Shown: positions 41,340 through 52,168 of the stretch, piece by piece
Numbering within the stretch: position 1 is the stretch's first letter
How the letters are laid out: every line of letters starts with the position of its first letter
Assembly (NCBI GenBank): GCA_031414775.1
Contig: JANOQI010000031.1
Location: forward strand, 64,001 to 128,000
Source: Synechococcales cyanobacterium VAR_4_metabat_354
GTDB lineage: Bacteria; Cyanobacteriota; Cyanobacteriia; Cyanobacteriales; Chamaesiphonaceae
Length of the DNA stretch: 64,000 nt
Reading direction: 5' to 3'
Notes under the pieces: model-generated
What the model was told of the DNA's origin: nothing
The model's input: only the letters and a program-made list of their open reading frames with translations
Database searches by the model: none
Translations under genes and position numbers: made by a program

Positions 41340-42317
41340 CTAGCTAGCCACATAGTCTCGGAAACTGCCATGACAGCGCCGCAGATGTGAGAGTGCCTGA
41401 TGCTCTAGTTGTCTGACTCTTTCGCGGCTGAGATGGAGGATTTCTCCCACCTTAGCCAAAGACATTTCGACATCGCCGTCTAAGCCAAATCGCAGAGTCA
41501 GTACGTGACGTTGCTGAGGAGTCAGCTCTGCCAATATTTCTTGCAGCTCTTGGCGAAGATTGTCTTGCGCCGTATAGTTTTCTGGGGAAATGCTCGCATC
41601 TTCTAACAACTCAGATAGCTCGGTATCTTGGTTATCACCCACCCGTACATCTAGGGAGATGGGTTGACGCGAAATGGTTAGGTATTCACGAATTTGGCTT
41701 GGCTCTAGTGATAGTGCCTGGGCAATTTCTAGCGTTGTGGGGTTGCGACCTAGCTCTTGAGATAGTTCTCGTTGAGTTTTTTTGATTTTGTTAAGCTTTT
41801 CGGTGATGTGGATGGGCAAACGAATGGAACGGGCTTGCTGGGCGATCGCTCGGGTAATGGCTTGTCTAATCCACCAGTAAGCATAGGTCGAAAATTTGTA
41901 GCCCCGCGTCGGGTCAAATTTTTCTACTCCTCTTTCTAGACCTAGTGATCCCTCTTGAATTAAATCTAGGAATTCTAAGTTGCGTTTTTGATATTTTTTG
42001 GCGATTGCTACCACTAAACGCAAGTTAGCTTCAATCATTCTTTTTTTTGCTATTGCGCCCTGTCGCAGGATGCGTTGCAGATCGACTTCACTAATTTCCG
42101 CCTGAGTAGCCCACTCGGCGTTACTAAGTGATGTAGCTTGCTCGTGTTGAATTTTTTCTTTTAGTTCTTGCAATTGCATCATTTGTTGTACTTGCTTACC
42201 AAAACTAATTTCTTCCTCATGAGTGAGCAGTGGTACCCGGCCAATTTCATGTAGGTAGGCACGGATTGTATCACCGTGATACCGGGGTTGTCGATCGGTC
42301 ATTTTTTTGCTGGACAT
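41340..42317 (-). CDS. sigB: Group 2 RNA polymerase sigma factor, SigB-type
   Basis: YLHEIGRVPLLTHE, GKQVQQMM, ANLRLVVAIAKKY, ISLDVRVGDNQDTEL.ELLED. Confidence 0.85.
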   Translation of the reverse strand: MSSKKMTDRQPRYHGDTIRAYLHEIGRVPLLTHEEEISFGKQVQQMMQLQELKEKIQHEQATSLSNAEWATQAEISEVDLQRILRQGAIAKKRMIEANLRLVVAIAKKYQKRNLEFLDLIQEGSLGLERGVEKFDPTRGYKFSTYAYWWIRQAITRAIAQQARSIRLPIHITEKLNKIKKTQRELSQELGRNPTTLEIAQALSLEPSQIREYLTISRQPISLDVRVGDNQDTELSELLEDASISPENYTAQDNLRQELQEILAELTPQQRHVLTLRFGLDGDVEMSLAKVGEILHLSRERVRQLEHQALSHLRRCHGSFRDYVAS

Positions 42318-42560
42318 ATCTGTTTCACTCCCGGTCAAAATAGTTAGACGGTCAGGGCAAGTAAGTTAATAAGGCTGAGCTTGCACTAATGGCTATTGAA
42401 AATACATGGTTTAACCTTAACTATTGTTACGACACTAGCAGAATCTTTTTGTTCCAAAACTTAATTTATTATTAAGCATTTTTAAACTAGGTCTTATGGC
42501 TGTTCGTCGTCTATCCAGTTGTTTAGTTCTTACAATTAGGGACAACATAATTCCAGAATG

Positions 42561-44345
42561 TCACAGATAGTTAATAATGTCAGTACAATAGATGATAGTG
42601 GAATCTGGCTCAGATAAATGACATAATTGTGACAGGTTTGTTCGACGCCATTCACTATCTTGCTGAGCATTAGTAGCTATTTCCCAGACTCTAATCCCTG
42701 GTTCATTGATATGTCTTAGTTGCTGCTGAAATCCTGACCAAGAGGTGATTCTTTGATAGCTAATCTGGTATGCCATACACAGCATCGAAAAATCTACATT
42801 TTGTGGAGTTACGAAAAATTCTTGAAAGGGTGGATCAAACTTTGCGATCGAAAGCATCGTAAAAATACCACCGCCATTGTTATTAATTAATAGAATTGTT
42901 AAGCTTCCCTGGAACTGTTGTCGCAGTAAAAGTCCATTGGTATCATGCAGCAGTGAAAGATCGCCAGTAATGAGTATTACTGGCTGTGTTATTCTGTGTG
43001 CAACGCCTAATGCGGTGGAAAGAGTGCCATCGATGCCATTGGCACCGCGATTTCCTAATGGTCGGTATTGTTGATTATTGGGTCGCCAAAAAAATTCCAT
43101 ATCCCGAATTGGCATACTGTTGGCGATAAATACGATGGTGGCTGGAGGCAATGATTGGGATAGCAGCCAGGGAATTTTGCATTCGCACAGCCGATCGATC
43201 TCGACCATCGTACGATCGATCAATTTACGAGTTTGTCGGTCTAGTGCCAGCCAGTTTTTACTATAGCCAGAAATGGTGGCGTGATCCCGATTCTGACAAT
43301 GTTTGGCTATTTCGGTCACTGGAATTCTTAGATAGCTAGCATTGAGGTGGAGCGCGTTTACGTTCTGCTCACTAGTTTCGATAATCCAAGTACGAGGTCT
43401 GATTCGGCTTAGCCATTGCCGTAATTCTTTGCTGGTTGGCAAATCGCCAATTTGGATAATTACTTCCGGGGTAAGACTTGGTAACACTGTGGCATTACGC
43501 AGAATTAGATCGTAACTAGAAACCAGGTAGGGATTTAAGTCGGCATAGTTACGTAGTGGTGATAGTCCTTCAGCTAATACTGGCCAGCCTAGAAATTGGG
43601 AGATTTGTCCGATCGATCGAGCATAGTCTAGGGGATCAAGGGGTTGAGACACCCCGGCAATAATCAGACCCCTGGTCGCCTGCCAATCAGTCGGAATTGA
43701 CCACTGGGTAATAGATAGTCGGGAGAGATTCGGGATTGCTGGGGGCGGAAAATCGGCTAGAGTAGTTGCCAGTGCTTGGATTTCTGGTTGGCTAATGGGC
43801 GGTAGTGGATCGCAGAAAGGTAGGTTGAGATGAACGCCGCCAGGTGTTGGTGTAATAGTGCGTTCCCAGGCGTAGCTAATGGTCTGTTGCAGATAGGCCA
43901 GTAGGTTTGGCTGGCTGCTGGGGACGGCGATTTCGGCTTGCCAATTGGGATAGTCACCATAGAGTTTAACTTGATCGATCGTTTGACCAGAGTGACAATC
44001 GCGTAGTTCCGGCGGTCGATCGGCAGTCAGAATTAATAAGGGTACCCGGCTTTCGCGGGCTTCGATGACAGCCGGGTAAAAGTTGGCGGCAGCAGTGCCA
44101 GAAGTGCAGACTAACGCCGCTGGTCGCCCAGTGCGTTTAGCATGACCGAGGGCGAAGAAGGCGGCGGAGCGCTCATCTAAAACTGAAACTGCCTCGATGT
44201 GGGGAGCCTGGGCAAAGGCGACAGCTAAGGGGGTGGAGCGGGAGCCGGGACAAATGACGGCTAGCGATACGCCTAAATATTGAAGGGTATCGACGAGGAC
44301 GGAAGCCCAGAGGGTGTTGATATTCCGAAAGTCTAGATCTGCCAA
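42561..44345 (-). CDS. menD: SEPHCHC synthase (phylloquinone/menaquinone biosynthesis)
   Basis: CPGSRSTPL, DERSAAFFALG, TADRPPELR, NRGANGIDG, GDLSLLHD. Confidence 0.97.
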   Translation of the reverse strand: MADLDFRNINTLWASVLVDTLQYLGVSLAVICPGSRSTPLAVAFAQAPHIEAVSVLDERSAAFFALGHAKRTGRPAALVCTSGTAAANFYPAVIEARESRVPLLILTADRPPELRDCHSGQTIDQVKLYGDYPNWQAEIAVPSSQPNLLAYLQQTISYAWERTITPTPGGVHLNLPFCDPLPPISQPEIQALATTLADFPPPAIPNLSRLSITQWSIPTDWQATRGLIIAGVSQPLDPLDYARSIGQISQFLGWPVLAEGLSPLRNYADLNPYLVSSYDLILRNATVLPSLTPEVIIQIGDLPTSKELRQWLSRIRPRTWIIETSEQNVNALHLNASYLRIPVTEIAKHCQNRDHATISGYSKNWLALDRQTRKLIDRTMVEIDRLCECKIPWLLSQSLPPATIVFIANSMPIRDMEFFWRPNNQQYRPLGNRGANGIDGTLSTALGVAHRITQPVILITGDLSLLHDTNGLLLRQQFQGSLTILLINNNGGGIFTMLSIAKFDPPFQEFFVTPQNVDFSMLCMAYQISYQRITSWSGFQQQLRHINEPGIRVWEIATNAQQDSEWRRTNLSQLCHLSEPDSTIIYCTDIINYL

Positions 44346-44457
44346 GGTTGATCGGTCATAAAAGGCTGATGATAAGTCTATTGTACTGTTTCGTCTATTC
44401 TCTGGAAAATCGATACCTTGCCACTAAGTTGGCCGGATTACTGAATCAGGATTATAG

Positions 44458-45147
44458 CTATATTGTATTTCTAGTGATTTTAAGCATCTGATTGCCACCG
44501 GGCTGTAGTTCATATTTGACCGGTTGGATTTCACAATTGAAACCCAGAGCTTGTAGTTGGATGATGATTGGTTGTAAGTATGGTGATGGTTTCAGCATCA
44601 GTGTCAGAAGGGGAAATATGCGCACCTCGTTACAAATGCGGAGCATTTCTATGATGGAGTCGAGGTGGAACTGTTGATCGAGGTGATCGGAGTACAGAAA
44701 TAAAAAGTGGGAAGATAATCCTAGACTGTATGCGGATTTCGGGTATTTGAGGTGGGGCATTTCGCCGACTTCGTAGCGGTTACTGGCTTTCCCGACGGCA
44801 TAGTCGCTCGCAAATAAATCCATGACTTGCTCGCGATGGACGCGGAGGGTGGCGGGGGATTTGTGGTAGTTCCAAACCCAATCATCGGGAGTGCTGGCGA
44901 CTTGGGCAATGATGTTATCAACCACGGCATCAAATCTGGTTCTGATTTGGTTGGTGGTGAAGGTATAGAGGGGATCGATCGACTTTATTTCATAGCCAAG
45001 TTTGGTGCCTTCGGCGTTGAAACTGGCCGGACCATCACCGACACTGAGGATTGATCGGCTGAAATCTTCTTCAGTTAGGGTGAACATGTGGATGTATTCG
45101 TCAAGCGATCGACCAAAGGGAACAATGTTTTCTAGATGCATTACCAT
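44458..45147 (-). CDS. Putative SAM-dependent methyltransferase
   Basis: GRS.DEY..MF, GDGPASFNAE, SSHFLFLY, EVRIFPL, YELQPGGN. Confidence 0.8.
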   Translation of the reverse strand: MVMHLENIVPFGRSLDEYIHMFTLTEEDFSRSILSVGDGPASFNAEGTKLGYEIKSIDPLYTFTTNQIRTRFDAVVDNIIAQVASTPDDWVWNYHKSPATLRVHREQVMDLFASDYAVGKASNRYEVGEMPHLKYPKSAYSLGLSSHFLFLYSDHLDQQFHLDSIIEMLRICNEVRIFPLLTLMLKPSPYLQPIIIQLQALGFNCEIQPVKYELQPGGNQMLKITRNTI

Positions 45148-45239
45148 GTGCTGTTTGTCCCTTGCTGCTCAGGAGAGGTCATTATACTGGGTAAATTGAT
45201 TTTGGAGATAGTCGGTTTTTTGGGGAGTAATCAGATTTA

Positions 45240-47021
45240 CTAAATCGGATCGACGGCCTGAGTTTTCTTGATAGCTTTAGCCCGAGACTTCTTGACCGGT
45301 GAAGTCAACGGTACATTGCGGGAAGCCGTCTTACTCCCCGTCACCTTCAATAACAAAGCATCGGCAAAGGCAATCGATTCTGCCGCCGTATGTCCACCAG
45401 CCAACTGGGCAATCTCCTCCCGTCGCCGATTAGACTCCAACCGCTCAATTTTCACCACTGTGCGTTCCGCTGCTTTTTTGCCCTGACCCTCCTTATGGAC
45501 ATGAAAATGAGCATCGGCCATCGCCGCCATAATTGGTTGGTGGGTGACGCAGAGAATTTGATGATAGGAGGTTAGTTGTTGTAGTTTATCGGCAATCAAC
45601 TGCGTTACTTTCCCCGACACTCCCGTATCAATTTCATCGAAAATCAGCGTACTTGTGCCAGTCACCGCCGAAAAACAAGCTTTCAATGCCAGTAAAAAGC
45701 GACTCATTTCCCCACCAGAAGCCGTAGCTACCAATGGCTGCATTACTTCCCCCGGATTAGGGCTAAACAAAAAAGTGATGATATCAGCACCATGTTGGCT
45801 AGGGGGCTGGGGCTGAAAATCTACCTGAAATTTTACCTTGGCCATGCCTAAAGGCTGTAGTTCACTAATTAGCTGTTGCTCTAAGGTTTCTGCGGCACTG
45901 TAGCGTAATTTAGTCAGTCGATCGCACTCCGCCACCAATTCATCATGTTGCTGCTGTACTAATTGGGTTAAAGCGGCGATCGATTCACCCGCACCCGTAA
46001 GATCCACCAACTCTGCTTGGATCTGCTGGTAATATTCGATTACCCCCGCCAAGTCGTTGTTATAGCGCCGACAGAGCTGCTTCAAAAACCGCAGCCGTTC
46101 TTCGATTTCTTCTAAGCGCGTTGGGTCGGCTTCCAAACCATCACCATAGCTATTTACCTCTCGTCCGGCATAAATAATTTGTGATAGTCCATTGCTTACT
46201 GCTTCCAAAATGGTCTGAAGCTGGGGGTCAATATCTACCATTCCCATCAGTACATTCTCGGCTTTGCCCAATAAATCTGCCGCTGCCGAAATTTCACCAC
46301 TATCGTTTTGATAGAGCAGTTGATAGACCTGATAACTATGCTGCTGTAAATCTACCACATGATTGAGGGTGCAGTGCTCTTGCTCCAGTGTTTCCAGTTC
46401 ATCTGGCGCTTCTAAATTCGCTAAATCTAGTTCTTGCAAATGAAACTGCAACAGGCTAACTTTTTCTGATCGAGTTTGGGCTTGGAGTTGTCGATCGACT
46501 AACTGCTGCTGAGTCTGTTGCCAGGTCAGAAATAACTTAGCCACCAGCTGCTGCTGCCGTTGGAGCTTCATGCCACCATAACCATCTAAGAGCTGTCGCT
46601 GGCCAGCTAACAACTGCCCGGTCTGTCCCTGAGCAGTAATTTCAACTAAATGCTCGCGTAAGTTGGTCATCATTTGCTTATTCACCAGCGAGCCATTGAC
46701 TCGTAAGCGCGATCGCAAGTTCTTACCATTCAAGCTAATTTCCCGACTACAAACTAAATCGGTATGTATCGCAATCTTGTTAGCCTGGAGCCATTCGGCA
46801 ATTTGGGCTGGGGGGCGAAATATCCCCTCTAACAATGACTGTTTGGCACCTGTACGCACCATGCGGCTGTGTACTGACCCACCCAGCAGCGCATCGATCG
46901 CATCTAAGATAATCGACTTCCCCGCCCCGGTTTCGCCAGTGAGAACATTTAGCCCCTGGTCGAAATCGATCGTCAATTCATCAATCAGAGCAAAGTTGCT
47001 AATGCGTAAAGACAGTAACAT
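45240..47021 (-). CDS. recN: DNA repair protein RecN
   Basis: TGETGAGKS, SGGEMSR, FDEIDTGVSG, CVTHQP. Confidence 0.97.
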   Translation of the reverse strand: MLLSLRISNFALIDELTIDFDQGLNVLTGETGAGKSIILDAIDALLGGSVHSRMVRTGAKQSLLEGIFRPPAQIAEWLQANKIAIHTDLVCSREISLNGKNLRSRLRVNGSLVNKQMMTNLREHLVEITAQGQTGQLLAGQRQLLDGYGGMKLQRQQQLVAKLFLTWQQTQQQLVDRQLQAQTRSEKVSLLQFHLQELDLANLEAPDELETLEQEHCTLNHVVDLQQHSYQVYQLLYQNDSGEISAAADLLGKAENVLMGMVDIDPQLQTILEAVSNGLSQIIYAGREVNSYGDGLEADPTRLEEIEERLRFLKQLCRRYNNDLAGVIEYYQQIQAELVDLTGAGESIAALTQLVQQQHDELVAECDRLTKLRYSAAETLEQQLISELQPLGMAKVKFQVDFQPQPPSQHGADIITFLFSPNPGEVMQPLVATASGGEMSRFLLALKACFSAVTGTSTLIFDEIDTGVSGKVTQLIADKLQQLTSYHQILCVTHQPIMAAMADAHFHVHKEGQGKKAAERTVVKIERLESNRRREEIAQLAGGHTAAESIAFADALLLKVTGSKTASRNVPLTSPVKKSRAKAIKKTQAVDPI

Positions 47022-47091
47022 TAGATAACAAAAGATAAAGTTAATTTGGGGCGTTCTGCAATCATCACCTAGCAAAAGGCTAGGCAGAATT

Positions 47092-47117
47092 GTTACAATA
47101 CTTTACAAGCTTACATA
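47092..47117 (+). promoter_or_regulatory. HLR1-like direct repeat (candidate RpaB site)
   Basis: GTTACAAT-AC-TTTACAAG followed by CTTACATA. Confidence 0.5.
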
Positions 47118-47134
47118 CTCCGAGATTCTTGATT

Positions 47135-49093
47135 ATGAACATGGCCTCCCACGAACCCCCGGCACAGATGACGATCGAAGCCACTTCGGTTGAGCTAGAG
47201 GAGCAGTGGCATGACCCTAATGATAGTTCGTGGCTGCGTTACGATCCAGAGGCGGTAGCGGAGTATTACAAATCTAAGATTTTTCAGGTGTGGGGGAGGG
47301 CAATCGCCATCTTCCTTCCCATGGTAGGCTTTGCCCTAGGAATTTGGTGGGATAAGACCTGGGGGAGACTCCAAAAGAACGAACTGAAACGGGCTGTGCA
47401 AATGCGGAAGCTATTGACCAAGCTCGGTCCTGCTTACATCAAAATCGGCCAAGCCTTGTCTACTCGCCCCGACTTGGTACCACCGGTCTACCTCGAAGAA
47501 CTAACCCGGCTCCAAGATAAAATCCCGCCCTTTTCCAACGATATCGCTTTTCAATTTATCGAAGAAGGACTAGGCGACAGACCCGAATATATTTACGCCG
47601 AAATTAGTGCCGAACCGATCGCGGCTGCCTCCCTGGGGCAGGTCTACAAAGGCAAGCTCAAGACCGGCGAAACAGTGGCCATCAAAGTCCAACGCCCCGG
47701 CTTGGTAGATAAAATTGCGCTAGATATCCATGTGATGCGCAGTCTTTGCCAATGGGCGCAAAACACCTTCTCTCGGATTCGTAGCAATCTAGTAGCGATC
47801 ACCGATGAATTTGCCGAGCGCATTTTCGAGGAAATGGATTACGAAAATGAAGGCCGAAATGCCGAAAAGTTTGCCCAACTCTATGGCAGTTTTGAGGATA
47901 TTTATGTCCCCAAAATCTACTGGGAATATACTTCGCGGCGGGTGCTAACCATGGAGTGGATTGATGGCATTAAGCTAACCGATGTAGAGGCAGTGGCGGC
48001 TAACGGCATTAATGCTACCTATCTAGTGGAAATTGGTGTGCAATGCTCGCTGCGACAATTATTAGATCATGGTTTTTTCCATGCTGATCCGCATCCTGGC
48101 AACTTGTTAGCGATGTTCAATGGCAAGCTAGCTTACCTAGATTTTGGGATGATGAGTCAGGTCAAAGACTATCAACGCTATGGCTTACTAGAGGCGATCG
48201 TCCATTTAGTAAATCGCGATTTTGATGGTTTGACCAGAGACTATGTGAAGCTAGAGTTTTTAACTCCAGAGACCGATCTTAGCCCGATTATTCCAGCCCT
48301 GGCCAAGGTTTTCAACACCTCGATGGGTACCAGTGGCACCAATGTGGCTGAGCTGGATTTTAAAAGCGTGACCGATCAACTGTCTGGTGTGATGTATGAG
48401 TTTCCGTTCCAGGTGCCAGCTTACTACGCGCTGATTATTCGCTCATTGGTTACCTTAGAAGGGATTGCGATCGCTGTCGATCCAGACTTCAAGGTCTTGA
48501 GCAAAGCCTATCCTTATGTAGCCAAGCGACTGCTCACTGATACCGCTCCTGAATTGCGTAGTTCGCTCCAAGATTTATTGTTTAAAGATGGCTATTTCCG
48601 CTGGAATCGCTTGGAGAACTTGCTCAATAACGCCCGTGATAGCGAAGAGTATGACTTGAGTTTGATCATGAATCAATCGATCGACTTCATTTTGTCCGAT
48701 CGCGGTGCTTATATCCGGGACAAACTAGCCGATGAGGTGATTCGTAGTGTAGACGCTTTAGGTCAATCAACTTGGAGTCGTTTCACTGCCCGCTTTCAAG
48801 CGCAGCCGATCGCTCCCGATCCCGCTGCAACCAGTGCCGCTGATACTCTTGGCCATATCCAAAGAATTTGGGGCATCTTGCAACAGACCAAAGGCTTTGA
48901 CCCGGTGGTAATCTTACCAATCATTCCCCAAATTCTTACCAAATCAGAAACTCAAAGTTTTGGGCGCAAGGTTGCTGGTGGTTTAGCCCAGCGTTTAGCA
49001 GTGAGGTTAATTCGCGAAGTATTGCTCCAAGACATACCTGCTGTTGTTGATGTCCCCTCCACAGCTTTACCACCAGTACGGCAAACAGCTTAG
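47135..49093 (+). CDS. ABC1/UbiB atypical kinase
   Basis: LGPAYIKIGQALSTRPDL, AAASLGQVY, VAIKVQRP, FHADPHPGN, LDFGM. Confidence 0.95.
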   Translation: MNMASHEPPAQMTIEATSVELEEQWHDPNDSSWLRYDPEAVAEYYKSKIFQVWGRAIAIFLPMVGFALGIWWDKTWGRLQKNELKRAVQMRKLLTKLGPAYIKIGQALSTRPDLVPPVYLEELTRLQDKIPPFSNDIAFQFIEEGLGDRPEYIYAEISAEPIAAASLGQVYKGKLKTGETVAIKVQRPGLVDKIALDIHVMRSLCQWAQNTFSRIRSNLVAITDEFAERIFEEMDYENEGRNAEKFAQLYGSFEDIYVPKIYWEYTSRRVLTMEWIDGIKLTDVEAVAANGINATYLVEIGVQCSLRQLLDHGFFHADPHPGNLLAMFNGKLAYLDFGMMSQVKDYQRYGLLEAIVHLVNRDFDGLTRDYVKLEFLTPETDLSPIIPALAKVFNTSMGTSGTNVAELDFKSVTDQLSGVMYEFPFQVPAYYALIIRSLVTLEGIAIAVDPDFKVLSKAYPYVAKRLLTDTAPELRSSLQDLLFKDGYFRWNRLENLLNNARDSEEYDLSLIMNQSIDFILSDRGAYIRDKLADEVIRSVDALGQSTWSRFTARFQAQPIAPDPAATSAADTLGHIQRIWGILQQTKGFDPVVILPIIPQILTKSETQSFGRKVAGGLAQRLAVRLIREVLLQDIPAVVDVPSTALPPVRQTA

Positions 49094-49161
49094 TACTTTT
49101 TGTAACCTTTGGAATTCCGGATATTTTCTATAATAGAAGGCAGAATTCTTCTGGTTTCTTT

Positions 49162-49623
49162 ATGAGTGGTCAAGATCAACAAGTCCACCAACTCGCCCAG
49201 GCTGGCCGCACAGCGGCTCTGATCTCTCTCTTGGCTTGGGATCATAAATGGGCAACAGCCAAAGGGGAGTTCGATCGAACTCCTCTACACTACGCGGCGG
49301 CGGCTGGATCGGCAGACTGCATTAAAGCCTTACTCTACCGCAGTCAATATTTGCACGTTACTTTAGAGCGTCCCCAGTCAGTACCCGCCGAGAAAGCTTT
49401 ACTGCTGCAACAGCGAGCGACCTTTATCGACCCGCCAGATAATCTTTATGCCTGGACTCCATTGTTTTATGCTGTCCAAAGCGATTCCTTAGCCTGCGTC
49501 AAGCTGCTCCTAAGAGCTGGTGCCGATCCTAACCATGCGAGCAGTTGTGCCGAAACCCCCTTGGGCTACGGCAAATCTCTAGCTGTCCGTGCTTTGCTAA
49601 TTGAGTACGGAGCAAAGCCATAA
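49162..49623 (+). CDS. Ankyrin-repeat protein
   Basis: RTPLHYAA..G, WTPLFYAV...CVKLLLRAGADPN, ETPL. Confidence 0.9.
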   Translation: MSGQDQQVHQLAQAGRTAALISLLAWDHKWATAKGEFDRTPLHYAAAAGSADCIKALLYRSQYLHVTLERPQSVPAEKALLLQQRATFIDPPDNLYAWTPLFYAVQSDSLACVKLLLRAGADPNHASSCAETPLGYGKSLAVRALLIEYGAKP

Positions 49624-49711
49624 AACAAGCCGCCCCTAGCATCAAGTCTAGCGACGGCTATTATCTATCTACAAGAACAGAAATTTTTAAGATTTCAATC
49701 TAGTAAATCGA

Positions 49712-50230
49712 CTATTTCTTGAGACCGTTTAGAACACCCAAAATGCTGGTGATCGCGGAAGAAGCTTCTGCCTTTTTAGGAGATGCACTACCCATTACAG
49801 TTTTGAGTTTGTCAATGCCAGCTTCAATTAGGGGGTACTTATCGCCAGCGGCTGTTTTCACCATCGGGGAGGCCATTGTCCAAGCAGTTTCAAACTTAGC
49901 AAACTGACTTTTCGCGCCGGCCATATCACCTTTACCGATTGCGGTGTTAGCTTGCACCAAAGCTGATCTAACTGGGGAGACAGTCTTTTCTAAAGCTGCA
50001 CCAGTAACCTTTTCACCACCAGCTTTCGCAGCGTCACCACCGGCTTTCATGGCATCGCCACCAGCTTTCATCGCATCATTACCGGCCTTGTTAGCTGTGT
50101 CAGCGGCTTTATTCGCTGTATCAGCAGCCTTGTTGGCTGTATCAGTAGCACCACCACAAGCGGTCAAAGTCGTTGACACAGCCAGGAGTAAGCCAGCAGC
50201 TACTGCCATTGATTTTTTATTAATAGACAT
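49712..50230 (-). CDS. Lipoprotein with heptad low-complexity repeats and a helical C-domain
   Basis: Lipobox LTAC; DTANKAA and GDAMKAG repeats. Confidence 0.85.
   Translation of the reverse strand: MSINKKSMAVAAGLLLAVSTTLTACGGATDTANKAADTANKAADTANKAGNDAMKAGGDAMKAGGDAAKAGGEKVTGAALEKTVSPVRSALVQANTAIGKGDMAGAKSQFAKFETAWTMASPMVKTAAGDKYPLIEAGIDKLKTVMGSASPKKAEASSAITSILGVLNGLKK
50012..50143 (-). repeat. About six 21-bp (7-aa) tandem coding repeats
   Basis: DTANKAA DTANKAA DTANKAG NDAMKAG GDAMKAG GDAAKAG. Confidence 0.85.
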
Positions 50231-50269
50231 AAGAATCGATCCATCACAAACACTACAGCCTTCATTATA

Positions 50270-51964
50270 CTATTTTCCTTTGGCCGCTGCTTTGGCGGTT
50301 TTCGCTGCTTTCTTGGCGGCTTGCTCTACCGCCAGACGTTTTTGTTGTGCAGTTTCCTTTTCTTCTTGTAGTTTGTCTAAGTAGTAATGATAGTCACCGG
50401 CATAAACGCGGAACTCACCATCACGAATTTCAACAATTTTGTTGGCAACTTGAGAGATGAAATATCGATCGTGAGAAACCACTAGAGCTGTCCCATCATA
50501 GTTTTTCAGGGCATCTTCCAGCATTTCCTTGGCTGGAATATCTAAGTGATTAGTCGGCTCATCTAGGATCAACAAGTTAAAAGGTTTCAAGAGCATCTTG
50601 GCTAGAGCTAGACGCGCTTTTTCACCACCACTTAACGATTCCACTTTCTTGAAAACAGTGTCACCACTAAACAAAAAGCGTCCCAACAAGGTGCGAACTT
50701 CCTCGTTGCTCCATTCCGGCACTTCGTCATGAATGGTAAACATAACTGTTTTGTCTAAATCTAGTGCTTCGGCTTGATTTTGCTCAAAATAGCTGGGTAG
50801 CACTTGGTGCTGACCCAGGGAAATACTGCCCTCGGTGGGGGCTTCTACGCCCATAATCATCTTGAGCAGCGTCGATTTACCGCTGCCATTGGGACCTAAA
50901 AAGGCAATCCGATCGCCTTTTTCAATTAACAGGTCGGCACCGAGGAATAAAATCTTGTCGCCGTAGGTATGCACCAAGTTTTTGATATCGACTACTTCGC
51001 GGCCACTGCGCGGCGCTGGTGGAAACCGGAAATGCAGAGTGCGACCACTGGAGAGCGGCGCTTCAATACGTTCAATTTTGTCCAGTTGTTTTTCCCGACT
51101 CTTGGCTTGGGTACTGCGGGTGGCACTGGCACGGAATTTTTCGACAAAGGCTTGTTGTTTTTCTAGTTCTTTTTGCTGACGCTCAAAAGCACCGAGCAAC
51201 GCCATTTCGTTTTCAGCCTTTTGATTGAGATAAGCTGTGTAATTACCTAAGTAACTGGTGGAAACACCGCGTTCGGTTTCGACAATCTGATTACAGAGTC
51301 TGTCTAAAAATTCCCGGTCATGGGAGACAATGACCATCGGTGTTTCCAGTTTCCGCAGATAATTCTCTAGCCATTCGATCGTTTCTAGATCTAGGTGGTT
51401 GGTAGGTTCATCTAATAACAGCAGATCGGGGCTTTGCAACAGAATTTTGGCTAAACTCATCCGCATTTGCCAGCCACCACTAAACGCACTAACTAATCGA
51501 TCGGCATCTTCGGCTTCAAAACCCATTTCTGGCAAAATCTTGTCTATCTCGGCTTCTAAGGCGTAGCCGTTTAAGCCTTCGTATTGGCGCTGCAATTTGT
51601 CCATTTTGTTGAGCAGCTTGTCTAACTCTTCGGGAGTGGCCGCTTCTAATTGATGATGAACGACGCTGAGAGCTATATGCACGTCATTCGCTTGTCCGAA
51701 GGCTTGCCATAGTTCTTCTTTGACTGTGCGGGTACTATCAACTTCAAATTCTTGGCTGAGATAGGCAATATGTAAACTCGCTGGTCTAATGATCTCGCCG
51801 CTAGTTGGCTCGGTTTTGCCCGCAATAATCTTGAGCTGAGTGGATTTACCAGCACCGTTGACCCCCACGAGGCCGATCCGATCGCCAGGCTTGACTTCCC
51901 AATTAATGTCTTTTAGAACTTCTCCAGTGGGGTAAATCTTGCTGATATGTTCTAGTCTGAGCAT
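50270..51964 (-). CDS. ABC-F family ATPase (ribosome-associated)
   Basis: Two NBDs (GVNGAGKS/FSGGW and GPNGSGKS/LSGGE), DEPTNHLD twice, no TM segments. Confidence 0.95.
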   Translation of the reverse strand: MLRLEHISKIYPTGEVLKDINWEVKPGDRIGLVGVNGAGKSTQLKIIAGKTEPTSGEIIRPASLHIAYLSQEFEVDSTRTVKEELWQAFGQANDVHIALSVVHHQLEAATPEELDKLLNKMDKLQRQYEGLNGYALEAEIDKILPEMGFEAEDADRLVSAFSGGWQMRMSLAKILLQSPDLLLLDEPTNHLDLETIEWLENYLRKLETPMVIVSHDREFLDRLCNQIVETERGVSTSYLGNYTAYLNQKAENEMALLGAFERQQKELEKQQAFVEKFRASATRSTQAKSREKQLDKIERIEAPLSSGRTLHFRFPPAPRSGREVVDIKNLVHTYGDKILFLGADLLIEKGDRIAFLGPNGSGKSTLLKMIMGVEAPTEGSISLGQHQVLPSYFEQNQAEALDLDKTVMFTIHDEVPEWSNEEVRTLLGRFLFSGDTVFKKVESLSGGEKARLALAKMLLKPFNLLILDEPTNHLDIPAKEMLEDALKNYDGTALVVSHDRYFISQVANKIVEIRDGEFRVYAGDYHYYLDKLQEEKETAQQKRLAVEQAAKKAAKTAKAAAKGK

Positions 51965-52119
51965 TAACAGTCTCCTGCGACAACGGTGATAACCAATTGT
52001 AACAAAAAGTTAACGCTCTATCTGACTTTTGCCCAATAGCGCTGCTTCGCTGCTCGCCTAGCTTGTAAGAGAAACGATGTTGGCAATGAGTGTGACAGTA
52101 TCTTTGGAATATTGATGTC

Positions 52120-52149
52120 AAAAAAAGCCTCCAATTTGGGGGCTTTTTT
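52120..52149. terminator. Bidirectional-type intrinsic terminator
   Basis: AAAAAAAGCCTCCAA-TTTGGGGGCTTTTTT. Confidence 0.8.
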
Positions 52150-52168
52150 GGTGACAGTTGTTTGAGAG

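Noticed and set aside
51903..52121. 72-aa ORF upstream of the ABC-F gene
   Set aside because: Overlaps the ABC-F start out of frame, begins at TTG within a terminator, and has no motifs
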